Made by a program: the position numbers and the translations under genes
In this document: one piece after another, positions 9,496 to 19,550 of the stretch
How the letters are laid out: the number at the start of each line of letters is the position of its first letter
Numbering within the stretch: position 1 is the first letter of the stretch
From: Minisyncoccota bacterium
GTDB lineage: Bacteria; Patescibacteriota; Minisyncoccia; Phycocordibacterales; Phycocordibacteraceae
Assembly: GCA_041660025.1 (NCBI GenBank)
Contig: JBAZXD010000002.1
Span: 4,635-68,634, forward strand
Direction: 5' to 3'
DNA: 64,000 nucleotides
The notes under the pieces: generated by a model
The model's database searches: none
What the model was told of the DNA's origin: nothing
The model's input: only the letters and a program-made list of their open reading frames with translations

Positions 9496-10461
9496 ATGAA
9501 AACCATACTCGTTACCGGGGCCGCCGGCTTTATCGGCTCTAATCTCGCCAAGGCTCTTCTGGAGGAGGGGTACCGGGTCGTCGGCATAGACAATTTCGAC
9601 GACACCTATGACCCTCTTTTTAAGGAGGCCAATATAGCCCCGTTTCGGAGCAACGCGAACTTTAAGCTTGAGCGCATTGATATCCGCGATACGGACGCGC
9701 TCATGGCCGTATTTGAGGCGGAGAAGCCGTCCTACGCCATCCATCTCGCAGCAAAGGCCGATACCCGCAAGGCGGTGGATACGCCGCGTCTCTATACGTC
9801 CGTGAATATAGACGGCACGCTCAATATCCTTGAAGCCTGCCGCGAGCATCCGGTTGAGAATCTCGTCATAGCGTCGTCCTCATCGGTCTACGGCAATTCG
9901 TCGCGCGTCCCGTTTACCGAAGAGGAACCGGCGGACCGTCCGCTCTCGCCCTACGGCGCGACGAAGCGCGCCGTGGAACTTCTCGCCCACTCTTACCACC
10001 ACAATTTCAATATGAACATCACGTGTCTGCGCTATTTCAACGCTCATGGCGAGAACAATCGTCCGAATATGGTGCCCTACATTTGGGCGGGGAAGCTCTT
10101 GCGTGGGGAAGAGATAGAGATCTCGGGCGACGGCAGCCGCAAGCGCGACTACACCTACGTCGGCGATATCGTGCGCGGGACCATCCTCGCAATGGAGAAG
10201 CCGCTCGGCTTCGAGGTCATCAACATCGGCAACAACACGCCGGTGTCGCTCAATGAGCTCCTCGCGACATTTGAGAAGAGCATAGGCACGAAAGCAAAGG
10301 TAAAGAGCCGTCCGAGCCATCCTGCAAGCGTGGAAGTGACGTATGCGAATGTGGATAAAGCAAAAAAGCTCCTCAACTGGGAGCCGCAGACGTCGCTTGA
10401 AGAGGGTCTGAAAAAACTAGTGGTGTGGTTTCGCGCGAACCGACTCGAAGAATCCAAGTAG
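9496..10461 (+). CDS. NAD-dependent nucleotide-sugar epimerase (UDP-glucose/UDP-glucuronate 4-epimerase-like)
   Basis: MKTILVTGAAGFIGSNLAKALLEEGYRVVGIDNFDDTYDP and YGATK (YxxxK). Confidence 0.7.
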   Translation: MKTILVTGAAGFIGSNLAKALLEEGYRVVGIDNFDDTYDPLFKEANIAPFRSNANFKLERIDIRDTDALMAVFEAEKPSYAIHLAAKADTRKAVDTPRLYTSVNIDGTLNILEACREHPVENLVIASSSSVYGNSSRVPFTEEEPADRPLSPYGATKRAVELLAHSYHHNFNMNITCLRYFNAHGENNRPNMVPYIWAGKLLRGEEIEISGDGSRKRDYTYVGDIVRGTILAMEKPLGFEVINIGNNTPVSLNELLATFEKSIGTKAKVKSRPSHPASVEVTYANVDKAKKLLNWEPQTSLEEGLKKLVVWFRANRLEESK

Positions 10462-11592
10462 GGTCGCGAGGTGCGTGTCCCAGGAGAATTTTTCGTTTAG
10501 GATACGCTCCGCTCCCTCGACGAGCCGTGTCCGCAGTGCGGGGTCATCAAAGAGGCGGGCGATGGCGTCTGCGAGCGCCTGGTCGTCTCCTGCGGGCACG
10601 AGGAGGCCGCTTTCTTCATTGTAGACCGCCTCGTTCGTGCCAGGGATGTCGGTGGCGACCATCGGGATGCGTGCGGCGAAGCTCGTGAGCGCGGTATGAG
10701 GGAGACCCTCATAGGTCGAATTGAGCACATACACCTCGGAACTCTTCCGTAGGTGCCAGGTCTCCGCGCGTGATACGCGGCCGGTAAAGGTGATGTGATC
10801 GGCGACAGAAAGCTCGCGTGCAAGCGTCTTGAGCTTCTCCTCTTCCGGCCCGTCGCCGGCGATAACGGCACGCACATCTGGGTATTTTTTCTTAAGGAGT
10901 GCGACTGCGCGGATGATGCCGTCGAGCCCTTTCCATTCCACCAGTCGCGCGGTAGCGACGATCTGGTGCGATATCGGCGTCGCGTTGAAAGGAGCCTCAA
11001 TATCTTTTTCTGCGGCGTTGTAGTTCACGACCGCCCGTCCATTTTTAATGCCGTACGTCCGTACAATGGCGTCGCGCAGATAGGCGGATGGTGTCGTGAC
11101 GATGTCGGTATGACGCAGAACGAATCCCTGTATCGCCATGCGAAGCGTAGTCCGCCATCCACCCTCGGGTGCGGCAAGAAATTCCTCAAGGCGTTTTTTG
11201 GTGCGCCGTTCTTGGCTTGCGCGCTCCCATGCCTCATCGCCGACGAATTTCAGCACGAGCGGTATGCCACGCATCCGGCTCACGATGGCGGCCGGGAGTC
11301 CGGCCGCCATCGCGTTCTGCACGTAGATGACGTCCGCGCCGCGCGCCGCGCGGAAAAGGTCAAAGGTGAATTTGAAAAGCCGCAAAGGGAGCGGGCGACG
11401 CTTGCTCGCAACGAAAAGCGTCGTACCGGGGATGATCTCCGAGGTGCTCGCATAGGCGACGATAACGATCTCGTGCTTGCTTTTGAGGCGCGTGGCAAGC
11501 TCTTTTGTATAGGTTGCGGGACCGCCGATCTCGGGCGGATACACCGGGGTTGCGAGTATGATTTTCACGTGCGGTAGTGTACCATAATTCAC
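10417..11592 (-). CDS. Glycosyltransferase family 4
   Basis: STYEGLPHTALTSFAARIPMVATDIPGTNE GT4 signature. Its 3' end overlaps the 3' end of the epimerase gene convergently by 45 nt. Confidence 0.7.
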   Translation of the reverse strand: MNYGTLPHVKIILATPVYPPEIGGPATYTKELATRLKSKHEIVIVAYASTSEIIPGTTLFVASKRRPLPLRLFKFTFDLFRAARGADVIYVQNAMAAGLPAAIVSRMRGIPLVLKFVGDEAWERASQERRTKKRLEEFLAAPEGGWRTTLRMAIQGFVLRHTDIVTTPSAYLRDAIVRTYGIKNGRAVVNYNAAEKDIEAPFNATPISHQIVATARLVEWKGLDGIIRAVALLKKKYPDVRAVIAGDGPEEEKLKTLARELSVADHITFTGRVSRAETWHLRKSSEVYVLNSTYEGLPHTALTSFAARIPMVATDIPGTNEAVYNEESGLLVPAGDDQALADAIARLFDDPALRTRLVEGAERILNEKFSWDTHLATLLGFFESVRAKPHH

Positions 11593-11627
11593 GATACACG
11601 CGCCTTGCGGCAGCCAACATTTTACCT

Positions 11628-12662
11628 ATGAAGCTTCTCATTCTGACGCAGACGGTTGACCGCAAAGATTCGGCCCTTGGCTACTACCATGCGTGGATTA
11701 CGGAGCTCGCGGGACATATCGGGCACATCACTATTTTCGCACTCCGCACCGGCGCGTATGAATTGCCATCTAATGTGACGGTCGTCCCGCTCCGGCCGTG
11801 GGGGCATCGGGCGCGTCTGCGGACGGCAGTGCGAGTCCTGCGCCTTGCGTGGCAACAGAGGGGTGAATATGACGCGGTGCTCGTGCATATGAATCAGGAG
11901 TATCTGCTTATCGCCGGATGGCTCTGGCGCCTGCTCGGGAAACGTGTGTATATGTGGCGGAATCACTATGCGGGGAATATTCTGACCGATATCGCCGCGC
12001 TTTTCTGCGACAAGATATTTTATACCTCCAAATCTTCCTACACGGCGAAATATAAAAAGGCAGTGCAAATGCCGGTCGGTGTGGACGTCGGTTCCTGTCA
12101 TCTTGATGAGTCGATAGAACGCCGCTCTCGCTCCGTTCTTTTCCTCGGGCGGTTCGACATATCAAAACGCCCCGACCTCGTCGTTGAGGCACTCGGGAAG
12201 GTGGCGAAGAGCGCTGAATTCAGCGCGACGTTCGTCGGCGGACCGAGCGACCCGGCTTCGTCGCTTCCGGAAAAAGTCGCGGCGCAGGCAAAGGAGCTCG
12301 GAATCGCCGACCGGATTGTTTTTGCCGGTCCGGTGCCGAATACGGATACGTACCGGTACTATCGCTCACACGCTATCTACGTGAATTGCGGCAGGAGCGG
12401 TATGCTTGATAAGTCGCTTTTCAAGTCGATTGCCTGCGGATGCCTGCCGCTCTTCGCGAGCGCCGATATGGCGGAGATAGCCGGCCCCGAATTCGCGTAC
12501 CGAGACGGCGATGCGGACGATCTTGCAAAGCATCTTTCCGCGGCGCTCGCGCTTGGGGATGAGGAGCGGAGCGCTCGCGTGAAGGAATTGCAGGCGAAGG
12601 CGATCGATGCGCATACGCTTCCGGTGCTCGCGCGGCGCCTCACCGAAGAGATGAATATATGA
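11628..12662 (+). CDS. Glycosyltransferase, GT-B fold (GT1/GT4-like)
   Basis: Rossmann-like N-half MKLLILTQTVDRKDSALGYYHAWITELAGH and C-half FLGRFDISKRPD...IYVNCGRSGMLDKSLFKSIACGCLP. The ATG at 11628 is preferred over the GTG at 11577. Confidence 0.5.
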   Translation: MKLLILTQTVDRKDSALGYYHAWITELAGHIGHITIFALRTGAYELPSNVTVVPLRPWGHRARLRTAVRVLRLAWQQRGEYDAVLVHMNQEYLLIAGWLWRLLGKRVYMWRNHYAGNILTDIAALFCDKIFYTSKSSYTAKYKKAVQMPVGVDVGSCHLDESIERRSRSVLFLGRFDISKRPDLVVEALGKVAKSAEFSATFVGGPSDPASSLPEKVAAQAKELGIADRIVFAGPVPNTDTYRYYRSHAIYVNCGRSGMLDKSLFKSIACGCLPLFASADMAEIAGPEFAYRDGDADDLAKHLSAALALGDEERSARVKELQAKAIDAHTLPVLARRLTEEMNI

Positions 12663-13798
12663 AAGTACTATTTGTATCCAACGACCCGAGTATTTTCGAT
12701 GCGGCGAGCGCCGCGCGAGTACGGATGCGCTCCTATGCCGCGCTTGTGGGGGAGTTGCACATCCTTTCATCCGCAGGCTCCGATGCGCGCGAGGAACAGG
12801 ATGGGAATCTATTTCTCCACCCGGTGCATTCATGGAAGATTTTTCGCGTGCGTGCGCTCGCGAGTCGGGCACATGAGCTCATTCTTGAAAAGGGAATCGA
12901 GGTCGTTTCTGCTCAGGACCCCTTCGAGCACGGGCTCGCCGCGCTTCGCGCGGCGCAGGGCACAAACGCAAAGCTACATATTCAAGTGCATACCGACTTC
13001 CTCTCGCCATGGTTTACGAGAAGCGGCAATTGGCGCAGTCCGCGCGTGCGGATGCCGCTCTTGAATCGCTGGCGCTGCCGGATTGCCGACCGCGTGCTCC
13101 CCGAGGCTACCGGCATCCGCGTTGTTTCCGAACGGGTAAAGGTATCGCTCGTCGCGCGCTACGGCAGCCGCATCAGCGAACCTTCGGTCATCCCCGCGGC
13201 GGTTGACGCCACAGTGCCCGAGCCCGTGCGATTGCCCCCGCACCCTTCATTCACTTTCGTGCTTATCGCCGTTGGGCGGCTTGAGCCCGAGAAGCGCATC
13301 GAGGATATCCTCGCGGCGCTCAAGCTGGTGGTGGTGCACTATCCGATGGCCGGACTTTTTATCGTTGGGGAAGGTCGGGAGCGCGGTCGGCTCGAACGGA
13401 TGACACGCAACCTCGGTCTCGAGAATAACGTTCTATTTCTCGGGAATCGGCCGGACGCTCGAGGGCTTATGCGGAGCGCGCACGCCTTCATCCAGGCGAG
13501 CGCCTACGAGGGCTACGGCTTCACACTCGTCGAGGCGGCGCTCGCCAAAGTACCCATCGTCACGACCGATGTCGGCATCGTGGGCGAGGTGTTCAAGGGC
13601 TACGAAGACGTTCTTTCTGTGCCCGTCGCCGACCCGACGGCGCTCTCGCTCGGCATCGTCGGCATCCTCGAGGACACCCGCGTGCGCCTCGAACTCCCGA
13701 CCCATGCCGAGGCGACGGTGCGCGCGCACCTCGCGGCGGTCGGCGACATCCCGAACCGCATCGTCGCTGATCTAATGAGTACAATAAAATATCACTAA
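12659..13798 (+). CDS. Glycosyltransferase family 4
   Basis: SAYEGYGFTLVEAALAKVPIVTTDVGIVGEVF. ATGA start/stop overlap with the upstream gene. Confidence 0.7.
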   Translation: MKVLFVSNDPSIFDAASAARVRMRSYAALVGELHILSSAGSDAREEQDGNLFLHPVHSWKIFRVRALASRAHELILEKGIEVVSAQDPFEHGLAALRAAQGTNAKLHIQVHTDFLSPWFTRSGNWRSPRVRMPLLNRWRCRIADRVLPEATGIRVVSERVKVSLVARYGSRISEPSVIPAAVDATVPEPVRLPPHPSFTFVLIAVGRLEPEKRIEDILAALKLVVVHYPMAGLFIVGEGRERGRLERMTRNLGLENNVLFLGNRPDARGLMRSAHAFIQASAYEGYGFTLVEAALAKVPIVTTDVGIVGEVFKGYEDVLSVPVADPTALSLGIVGILEDTRVRLELPTHAEATVRAHLAAVGDIPNRIVADLMSTIKYH

Positions 13799-13801
13799 CC
13801 T

Positions 13802-14545
13802 ATGAAAGGCATCATTTTAGCTGGAGGTTTAGGTTCCAGACTCTATCCGCTTACTTACGCGACGAACAAACACCTGCTCCCCGTATTTGATCAGCCGATG
13901 ATTTTTTATCCAATCCAGACTCTCCTAAGGGCGGGCATACGGGACATTATGATTGTGGTTGGCGGACCGCACTCAGGGAGTTTTATTTCGGTTTTGAAAA
14001 ACGGCAAAGAACTAGGTATCCGCCATTTGGAGTTTGCGTACCAAGAGAGCATACTCCGTGACGGCCTAAAGATTGAGGGAGGAATCTCTCATGCATTATC
14101 GTTGTGCGAGGACTTTGCGCAGCGCTCTCCAATAGCGGTTATCTTAGGAGACAATACTACCGATGCGGATATCTCTGTCCCTGTGAGAAATTTTCAGAAT
14201 GGGGCGACGGTATTTCTTAAGAAAGTATCGGATCCAAATCGATATGGTGTGCCGATATTTGATAAAAAAGAAAAAAGAAAAATCATTACTATTGAGGAAA
14301 AACCAAAACGGCCCAAATCAAATTACGCCATTACGGGACTCTATTTATACGACAATACTGTGTTTGACAGAATACGGACACTTATACCATCGGCGAGAGG
14401 GGAACTTGAAATAACAGACTTAAATAATTCTTATATTGCAGATGATGAACTCTCCTGGCTAAAGTTGAATGGTTTCTGGACCGACGCAGGAACGTTCAGA
14501 AGCTTGTTTGAAGCCAATCAATTTTGGGCGCATAAGAAACACTGA
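13802..14545 (+). CDS. Sugar-1-phosphate nucleotidyltransferase (RfbA/glucose-1-phosphate thymidylyltransferase-like). First gene of the low-GC island.
   Basis: MKGIILAGGLGSRLYPLTYATNKHLLPVFDQPMIFYPIQTLLRAGI. GC content drops abruptly from here. Confidence 0.65.
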   Translation: MKGIILAGGLGSRLYPLTYATNKHLLPVFDQPMIFYPIQTLLRAGIRDIMIVVGGPHSGSFISVLKNGKELGIRHLEFAYQESILRDGLKIEGGISHALSLCEDFAQRSPIAVILGDNTTDADISVPVRNFQNGATVFLKKVSDPNRYGVPIFDKKEKRKIITIEEKPKRPKSNYAITGLYLYDNTVFDRIRTLIPSARGELEITDLNNSYIADDELSWLKLNGFWTDAGTFRSLFEANQFWAHKKH

Positions 14546-14627
14546 ATGTAGGAAACCACTCCGTTTATTTTGTCGTTATAGAGTCCATATGATGGTATCA
14601 GCATATCGCTTGTGTTAGAGTCTCACA

Positions 14628-15488
14628 ATGGCGGTAAAGAAAGGAAATAAGCCGTTAATCGGCTTCATAGGTCAGGGATACATCGGCAAAAATTATGCTG
14701 ATGACTTCGAGAAGCGTGGCTTCTCGACCGTGCGGTATGCGCTTGAAGAGCCTTATAGAGACAACAAGGAGAAGATAAAAGAGTGCGCTATTGTTTTCAT
14801 TGCAGTACCTACTCCGACGACACCGCGAGGCTTTGATGATTCGATCGTACGCGGCGCGATTGAGTTCGTGGAGAAGGGAAGCGTTATTATCGTTAAGTCA
14901 ACCATCGTACCGGGTACGGCAAAATCGCTTCAAGCGCAATATCCAGACCGTATACTTTTCTATTCTCCCGAGTTCCTCTCCGAAGCGACTGCTACGTACG
15001 ACGCCGCTCATCCATTCGCGAATATCCTCGGTTTCGCGGTGGATGATGAGATGCATCAAGTCGCAGCAGAACAGGTGCACAAACTCCTCCCCTCCGCACC
15101 TTTTTCGCTCACCTGTGACAGTACCGAAGCGGAGCTCATAAAATACGCGCACAATGTAAATGGCTTCGTACAGGTCGTGCTCTGGAACACGTTTTATGAT
15201 CTGGCGACAAAAAGTGGAAGCAACTGGGGGGTGGTGCAGAAGGCGCTTGCTGCCGACCCGTACGTTTCGAGCAAATATCTTTCACCGGTGCATAAAACCG
15301 GTCGCGGTGCGGGCGGGCATTGCTTCATTAAAGACTTTGCCGCATTGCGCGGATTGTATGAAGACCAGGTCGGAGATGTTGAGGGCGTGGCGGTGCTTTC
15401 TGCGCTTGAGAACAAGAACATTGCGCTCTTGAAAGAGAGCGGAAAGGATCTCGACCTTCTGAAGGGTGTCTACGGAGAAACGATATGA
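14628..15488 (+). CDS. UDP-glucose/GDP-mannose dehydrogenase family protein. It is short (286 aa): the N-terminal NAD-binding and central domains are present, but the C-terminal UDP-binding domain is absent.
   Basis: GFIGQGYIGKNYA Rossmann, FIAVPTP, VKSTIVPGT, SPEFLSEA and GGHCFIKD (the catalytic Cys region) align with UDPGDH motifs. A stop follows only about 30 aa after the Cys motif. Confidence 0.5.
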   Translation: MAVKKGNKPLIGFIGQGYIGKNYADDFEKRGFSTVRYALEEPYRDNKEKIKECAIVFIAVPTPTTPRGFDDSIVRGAIEFVEKGSVIIVKSTIVPGTAKSLQAQYPDRILFYSPEFLSEATATYDAAHPFANILGFAVDDEMHQVAAEQVHKLLPSAPFSLTCDSTEAELIKYAHNVNGFVQVVLWNTFYDLATKSGSNWGVVQKALAADPYVSSKYLSPVHKTGRGAGGHCFIKDFAALRGLYEDQVGDVEGVAVLSALENKNIALLKESGKDLDLLKGVYGETI

Positions 15489-15591
15489 AAAGAATCTCTG
15501 TTACTGGCGATATTATTCCGGCGGTAGAATACATATCGCACGGGGAATCACGGCCTTATCACGAGAGTCTATAGTCTAGAGAGATCAACAG

Positions 15592-16215
15592 ATGACTTTC
15601 TTGGAAATACACAATATGGAAAGAGGAGAATACAAAAAATTCATAGATGAAAAAATGGCCGCAATCGCCAAAGAGAAGATTATTTTAGACGTAGGCGGAG
15701 GAGAACGGTTCACGAAATGGCTTTCGGAATATCGCGACCTGTTCGATGATTGCGATTATAAGACGATGGATTTCGATCACTCGACGGGTGCCGATGTGGT
15801 AGGTGATATCCATAAAATTCCGCTCATAGATGGTAGTGTTGATGCGGTCATTTGCAGTTCCGTGCTCGAGCATGTCGAAAATCCGATTCTTGCAGTACAT
15901 GAAATTCATAGGATACTGAAAGACGGAGGAAAGCTGTTTGTCTCCATACCTTCTATTTATCCCTATCATGCGCGGAAAGGGCACTATCCCGACTACTGGA
16001 GGTTTTTCGACGATACGATAGACATATTGTTCCGAGATTTCGGTAAGGTCGAGTTCGTGAAGAGAGGCGGGTATTTTAAGGCACTGTTTTTCTTTCTACC
16101 ACTGCAGCATCGCCTACGATTCATCATAGATCCCCTAGCCGGATGTATGGATTCCTTGCTTCGAACAGAAAAAAGAAGCACCACCTCTGGCTATTATATT
16201 TATGCAGTTAAATAA
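15592..16215 (+). CDS. Class I SAM-dependent methyltransferase
   Basis: ILDVGGGERF (motif I), VICSSVLEHV and GKLFVSIP (Methyltransf_11-like). Confidence 0.6.
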   Translation: MTFLEIHNMERGEYKKFIDEKMAAIAKEKIILDVGGGERFTKWLSEYRDLFDDCDYKTMDFDHSTGADVVGDIHKIPLIDGSVDAVICSSVLEHVENPILAVHEIHRILKDGGKLFVSIPSIYPYHARKGHYPDYWRFFDDTIDILFRDFGKVEFVKRGGYFKALFFFLPLQHRLRFIIDPLAGCMDSLLRTEKRSTTSGYYIYAVK

Positions 16216-17383
16216 CACACCGCGACACGGCACACTGGTGTATGTGACCAGTACGAGGTTCCCCACGGAAAAAGCTCACGGCCTCGCTACTGTGAAGTTG
16301 TGCGAAGCTTTTGCAAGGCGCGGATACGCCGTGGATGTCCTTGCGCCGCGTCTGTGGAGAAGGGACGGAGGCGATGTCTTCGACTACTATGACGTAAAAA
16401 ATACTTTCCGCATCGTGAAGATCCCCTGCATAGACCTTATCCCGCTTCGGGTCATTGATACACTCGCGTTTCTCCTACAGTCAATCTCTTTTTCTCTCCT
16501 CGCGCTCCTGTATGTAGCCAGCGTCTACAGAGCCAAGATGAAAAAGTGTATATTCTTTTCTCACGACTACATACCGTTATATTTCATGACGTTCTTGCCG
16601 GTCAGTATCTTCTATGACGTGCATCATTTCCCAGGGAATAATTTCATGTATCGGAGGGTGGTAAAGAGAGCGTTCGGTTTTGCCGTTCAGACAAAATGGA
16701 AAGTCAACGAGCTTTCGGATAAATTCGGGATCGCTCCAGAAAGAATCGTTTATTGGCCGAATGGGACCGATATACGAGCGTTCGACGATTTACCAACGAA
16801 GAACACGACACGGAAAGAGCTTTCGTTGCCTACCGACAAGAAGATCATCATGTATACCGGACAGCTTTTTGAATGGAAAGGTGTGGATTCACTACTGCGG
16901 TCGATCACGATGCTCCCTTCGGATGCCGTACTCTATATAGTGGGCGGTGCGGACAGTGATGTCGTCCGGTGTAAGAAAGAGATACCAGAAGCCAATGATG
17001 CACGAATCGTCTTCATCCCGTTCCAGTCGCATGAAAAGATTCCCGTATGGCTCAATTCTGCAGATGTTTTAGTGCTCCCGAATACTGGAAAGCAGAAAGT
17101 TTCTTTGTATTACACCTCGCCAATGAAATTGTTTGAATATATGGCTTCGGGCAGGCCGATTGTAGCGAGCGCCATCCCGTCTCTGCAGGAGATATTGAAC
17201 GATAGGAATGCGGTGCTGGTCGAGCCTGATAACCCAGAAGCTCTGGCGGCGGGTATCCGATCGGTCCTGGATGATGCGGCGACGGCGGAAAAGATCTCTA
17301 GGAATGCCAAGATCGATTCCCGGGAATATACCTGGGATGGCCGTACGCAAAGGATCGGAGCGTATTTTGAAAAGTATGCATAA
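16202..17383 (+). CDS. Glycosyltransferase family 4
   Basis: YTGQLFEWKGVDSLL and NTGKQKVSLYYTSPMKLFEYMASGRPIVASAIPSLQE. Confidence 0.65.
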   Translation: MQLNNTPRHGTLVYVTSTRFPTEKAHGLATVKLCEAFARRGYAVDVLAPRLWRRDGGDVFDYYDVKNTFRIVKIPCIDLIPLRVIDTLAFLLQSISFSLLALLYVASVYRAKMKKCIFFSHDYIPLYFMTFLPVSIFYDVHHFPGNNFMYRRVVKRAFGFAVQTKWKVNELSDKFGIAPERIVYWPNGTDIRAFDDLPTKNTTRKELSLPTDKKIIMYTGQLFEWKGVDSLLRSITMLPSDAVLYIVGGADSDVVRCKKEIPEANDARIVFIPFQSHEKIPVWLNSADVLVLPNTGKQKVSLYYTSPMKLFEYMASGRPIVASAIPSLQEILNDRNAVLVEPDNPEALAAGIRSVLDDAATAEKISRNAKIDSREYTWDGRTQRIGAYFEKYA

Positions 17384-18563
17384 GATAACGGTCTTCTATA
17401 CGAGAGTGCTCATCCTGTTTTCCTTCGTGCTCTTTCCTTTCATCCTTCTCTTAATCTGGGTCAGGAAGAGTCGGAATAGGAGAGTGAATCTAGAGAAGAT
17501 GCGTATCTTGATACTGCCCCAATTGACGAGGATAGGGGACGTCGTTTGCTCCACGCCGGTCTTCAGGGCTCTGAAAGAAGCATACCCAGACGGCCATCTC
17601 GCAGTCCTATCTTCCCTGAATGCGTGCGGGATACTGAAGAACAATCCGAGAATAGATGAGATCATAGTCATCGAAGATTGGCAGGATAACTTCCTCGGAT
17701 TGCTTCGGAAGATACGGGATGATCGCTTCGACTGGGGGATATCTCTTTCCGGTTCGGCATTGAGCTCGGTTCTATTCTTTTACGGGCTGATTCCGAACAG
17801 ACTGAAGATAACGAGGAGCGCACGACCTTTCGCGGAGATCTATTCTGATTGGATGTGCACCCTTAGGGAGGAATATGGCGCGCTTTCCTACTTACCGATT
17901 TTCTATCTGAAGATGCTTCGACATCTCGGGATACACTCTTCAGATGACAGGAAAGAAGTCTTCTGTCGGCTAGAATCGGGAGAGCGGGTCGAAGCTTTCT
18001 TCAGAAGCAAGCGGGTAGCTCCAGAGGACACGATTGTGGGCGTCAGTCTGAGCGCTGGCAATAAAATAAAGGAATGGGGCGACGATAAGTTTGAGGCGTT
18101 GTGCCGGGAGATACGTAAAGATTATGGGATGAAGATTGTCATCATAGGGTCTCTGTATGAGAAACAGCGTATCGATGCACTCCTCGGGAAGCTTGGCGAT
18201 CCGACTGCGTTCATAAGTGCTGTCGGATTCTCCATCGAGGAGTTGCCGGACCTGATGAAGAGATTTTCATACTTCATCGCCGTGGACACGGGGCCCGTGC
18301 ATATTGCGCACGCTCTCGATATCCCGATCATCGATATACTCGGGCCGGTGAATGATATAGAGCTGACGCCCAGAGGAAACGCGGCCATTATCGTCAAGTC
18401 GCCTTCGGATATCCCGCCAACGATATTTGCTTTTCAGGAAGCATTAGATCGTGAGTTGACCAAGAAATCCATGGATTCAATAACGGTCGCCAAGGTTCTG
18501 GATGCTTTTGATTGTCTTGTAAAACAGACCCAGATACCACGAACCCCGCGGGCCGTTGTATAA
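17376..18563 (+). CDS. Glycosyltransferase family 9 (heptosyltransferase-like)
   Basis: MRILILPQLTRIGDVVCSTPVFRALKEAYPDGHLAVLS and VDTGPVHIAHALDIPII are GT9 hallmarks. Start is at the internal MHKITVF, which overlaps the upstream stop. Confidence 0.65.
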   Translation: MHKITVFYTRVLILFSFVLFPFILLLIWVRKSRNRRVNLEKMRILILPQLTRIGDVVCSTPVFRALKEAYPDGHLAVLSSLNACGILKNNPRIDEIIVIEDWQDNFLGLLRKIRDDRFDWGISLSGSALSSVLFFYGLIPNRLKITRSARPFAEIYSDWMCTLREEYGALSYLPIFYLKMLRHLGIHSSDDRKEVFCRLESGERVEAFFRSKRVAPEDTIVGVSLSAGNKIKEWGDDKFEALCREIRKDYGMKIVIIGSLYEKQRIDALLGKLGDPTAFISAVGFSIEELPDLMKRFSYFIAVDTGPVHIAHALDIPIIDILGPVNDIELTPRGNAAIIVKSPSDIPPTIFAFQEALDRELTKKSMDSITVAKVLDAFDCLVKQTQIPRTPRAVV

Positions 18564-18593
18564 AGGCTAAAAATAAGTAATATATAATAAAGT

Positions 18594-19550
18594 ATGTCCA
18601 CCATTTTAGTAACAGGAAGTAAGGGCGTTGTAGGAAGTTACCTGACGTCCATGTTGGCCGCTAAAGGTCATCGAGTCTTCGGCATTGACCTAAGTCATTC
18701 TGTTGGAGAGATAGGCTGGGCGCAGGAAATGGCAAAGACTGACTTCACGTACGCGCGCTGTGATGTTGCTGATTTCCGGCAGCTGGAACGTGTTTTCGAT
18801 GACGCTGGCCCTTTTGATTTCGTATATCACACAGCCGCAGAATTCGGCCGCTGGAATGGAGAAGATTACTATGAACAGGTCTGGCGCACCAATGCCATCG
18901 GGACAAAGAATATAATCCGCCTTCAGGAAAAGCTTGGTTTCAAGCTCATCCATTTTTCTTCGTCCGAAGTATATGGAGATTTTGAAGACGTGATGAAAGA
19001 GGATGTGATGGATCTTGTCGAGATAAAACAACTGAACGACTATGCTCTTTCTAAATGGGTAAACGAGCAACAGATAAGGAATTCAATTATCCAACATGGG
19101 ACACAAACGGTTGTCGTACGTCTTTTCAATACATTCGGTCCGGGAGAGTGGTACCACCCCTACAGAAGCGTTAATGCCAAGTTCTGCTACAGCGCTTTGC
19201 ACAGCACACCGATTACCGTGTATAAGGGCCACTATCGCACCTCCACGTATCTTGAGGATACCTGCCGAACGCTTTCGAATATCATAGCTAATTTCAAAGC
19301 TGGCGAGATATATAACATAGGCGGACTGGAATATCACGACATCGAGACCCTTGCAGATATCATTTGGGATTATACAGGAGCCGATCGGAAGCTTATACAG
19401 TACGCGGGGTCTGAGAAACTGACCACAAAATATAAGAAGGTAGATATAAGTAAGGCGGTAAATGATCTTGACCATAAGCTTACAGTAGGTCTCGAAGACG
19501 GCGTGAAGAAGACCGTCGACTGGATGAGAGCCTATTATGGAATCAAATAA
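18594..19550 (+). CDS. NAD-dependent epimerase/dehydratase family protein
   Basis: MSTILVTGSKGVVGSYLTSMLAAKGHRVFGIDL and YALSK (YxxxK). Confidence 0.65.
   Translation: MSTILVTGSKGVVGSYLTSMLAAKGHRVFGIDLSHSVGEIGWAQEMAKTDFTYARCDVADFRQLERVFDDAGPFDFVYHTAAEFGRWNGEDYYEQVWRTNAIGTKNIIRLQEKLGFKLIHFSSSEVYGDFEDVMKEDVMDLVEIKQLNDYALSKWVNEQQIRNSIIQHGTQTVVVRLFNTFGPGEWYHPYRSVNAKFCYSALHSTPITVYKGHYRTSTYLEDTCRTLSNIIANFKAGEIYNIGGLEYHDIETLADIIWDYTGADRKLIQYAGSEKLTTKYKKVDISKAVNDLDHKLTVGLEDGVKKTVDWMRAYYGIK

Noticed and set aside
10795-11577. 260-aa plus-strand ORF overlapping the GT4 gene 10417..11592
   Set aside because: The minus-strand frame has the GT4 E-x7-E signature. The plus frame is Arg/Gly-rich shadow.
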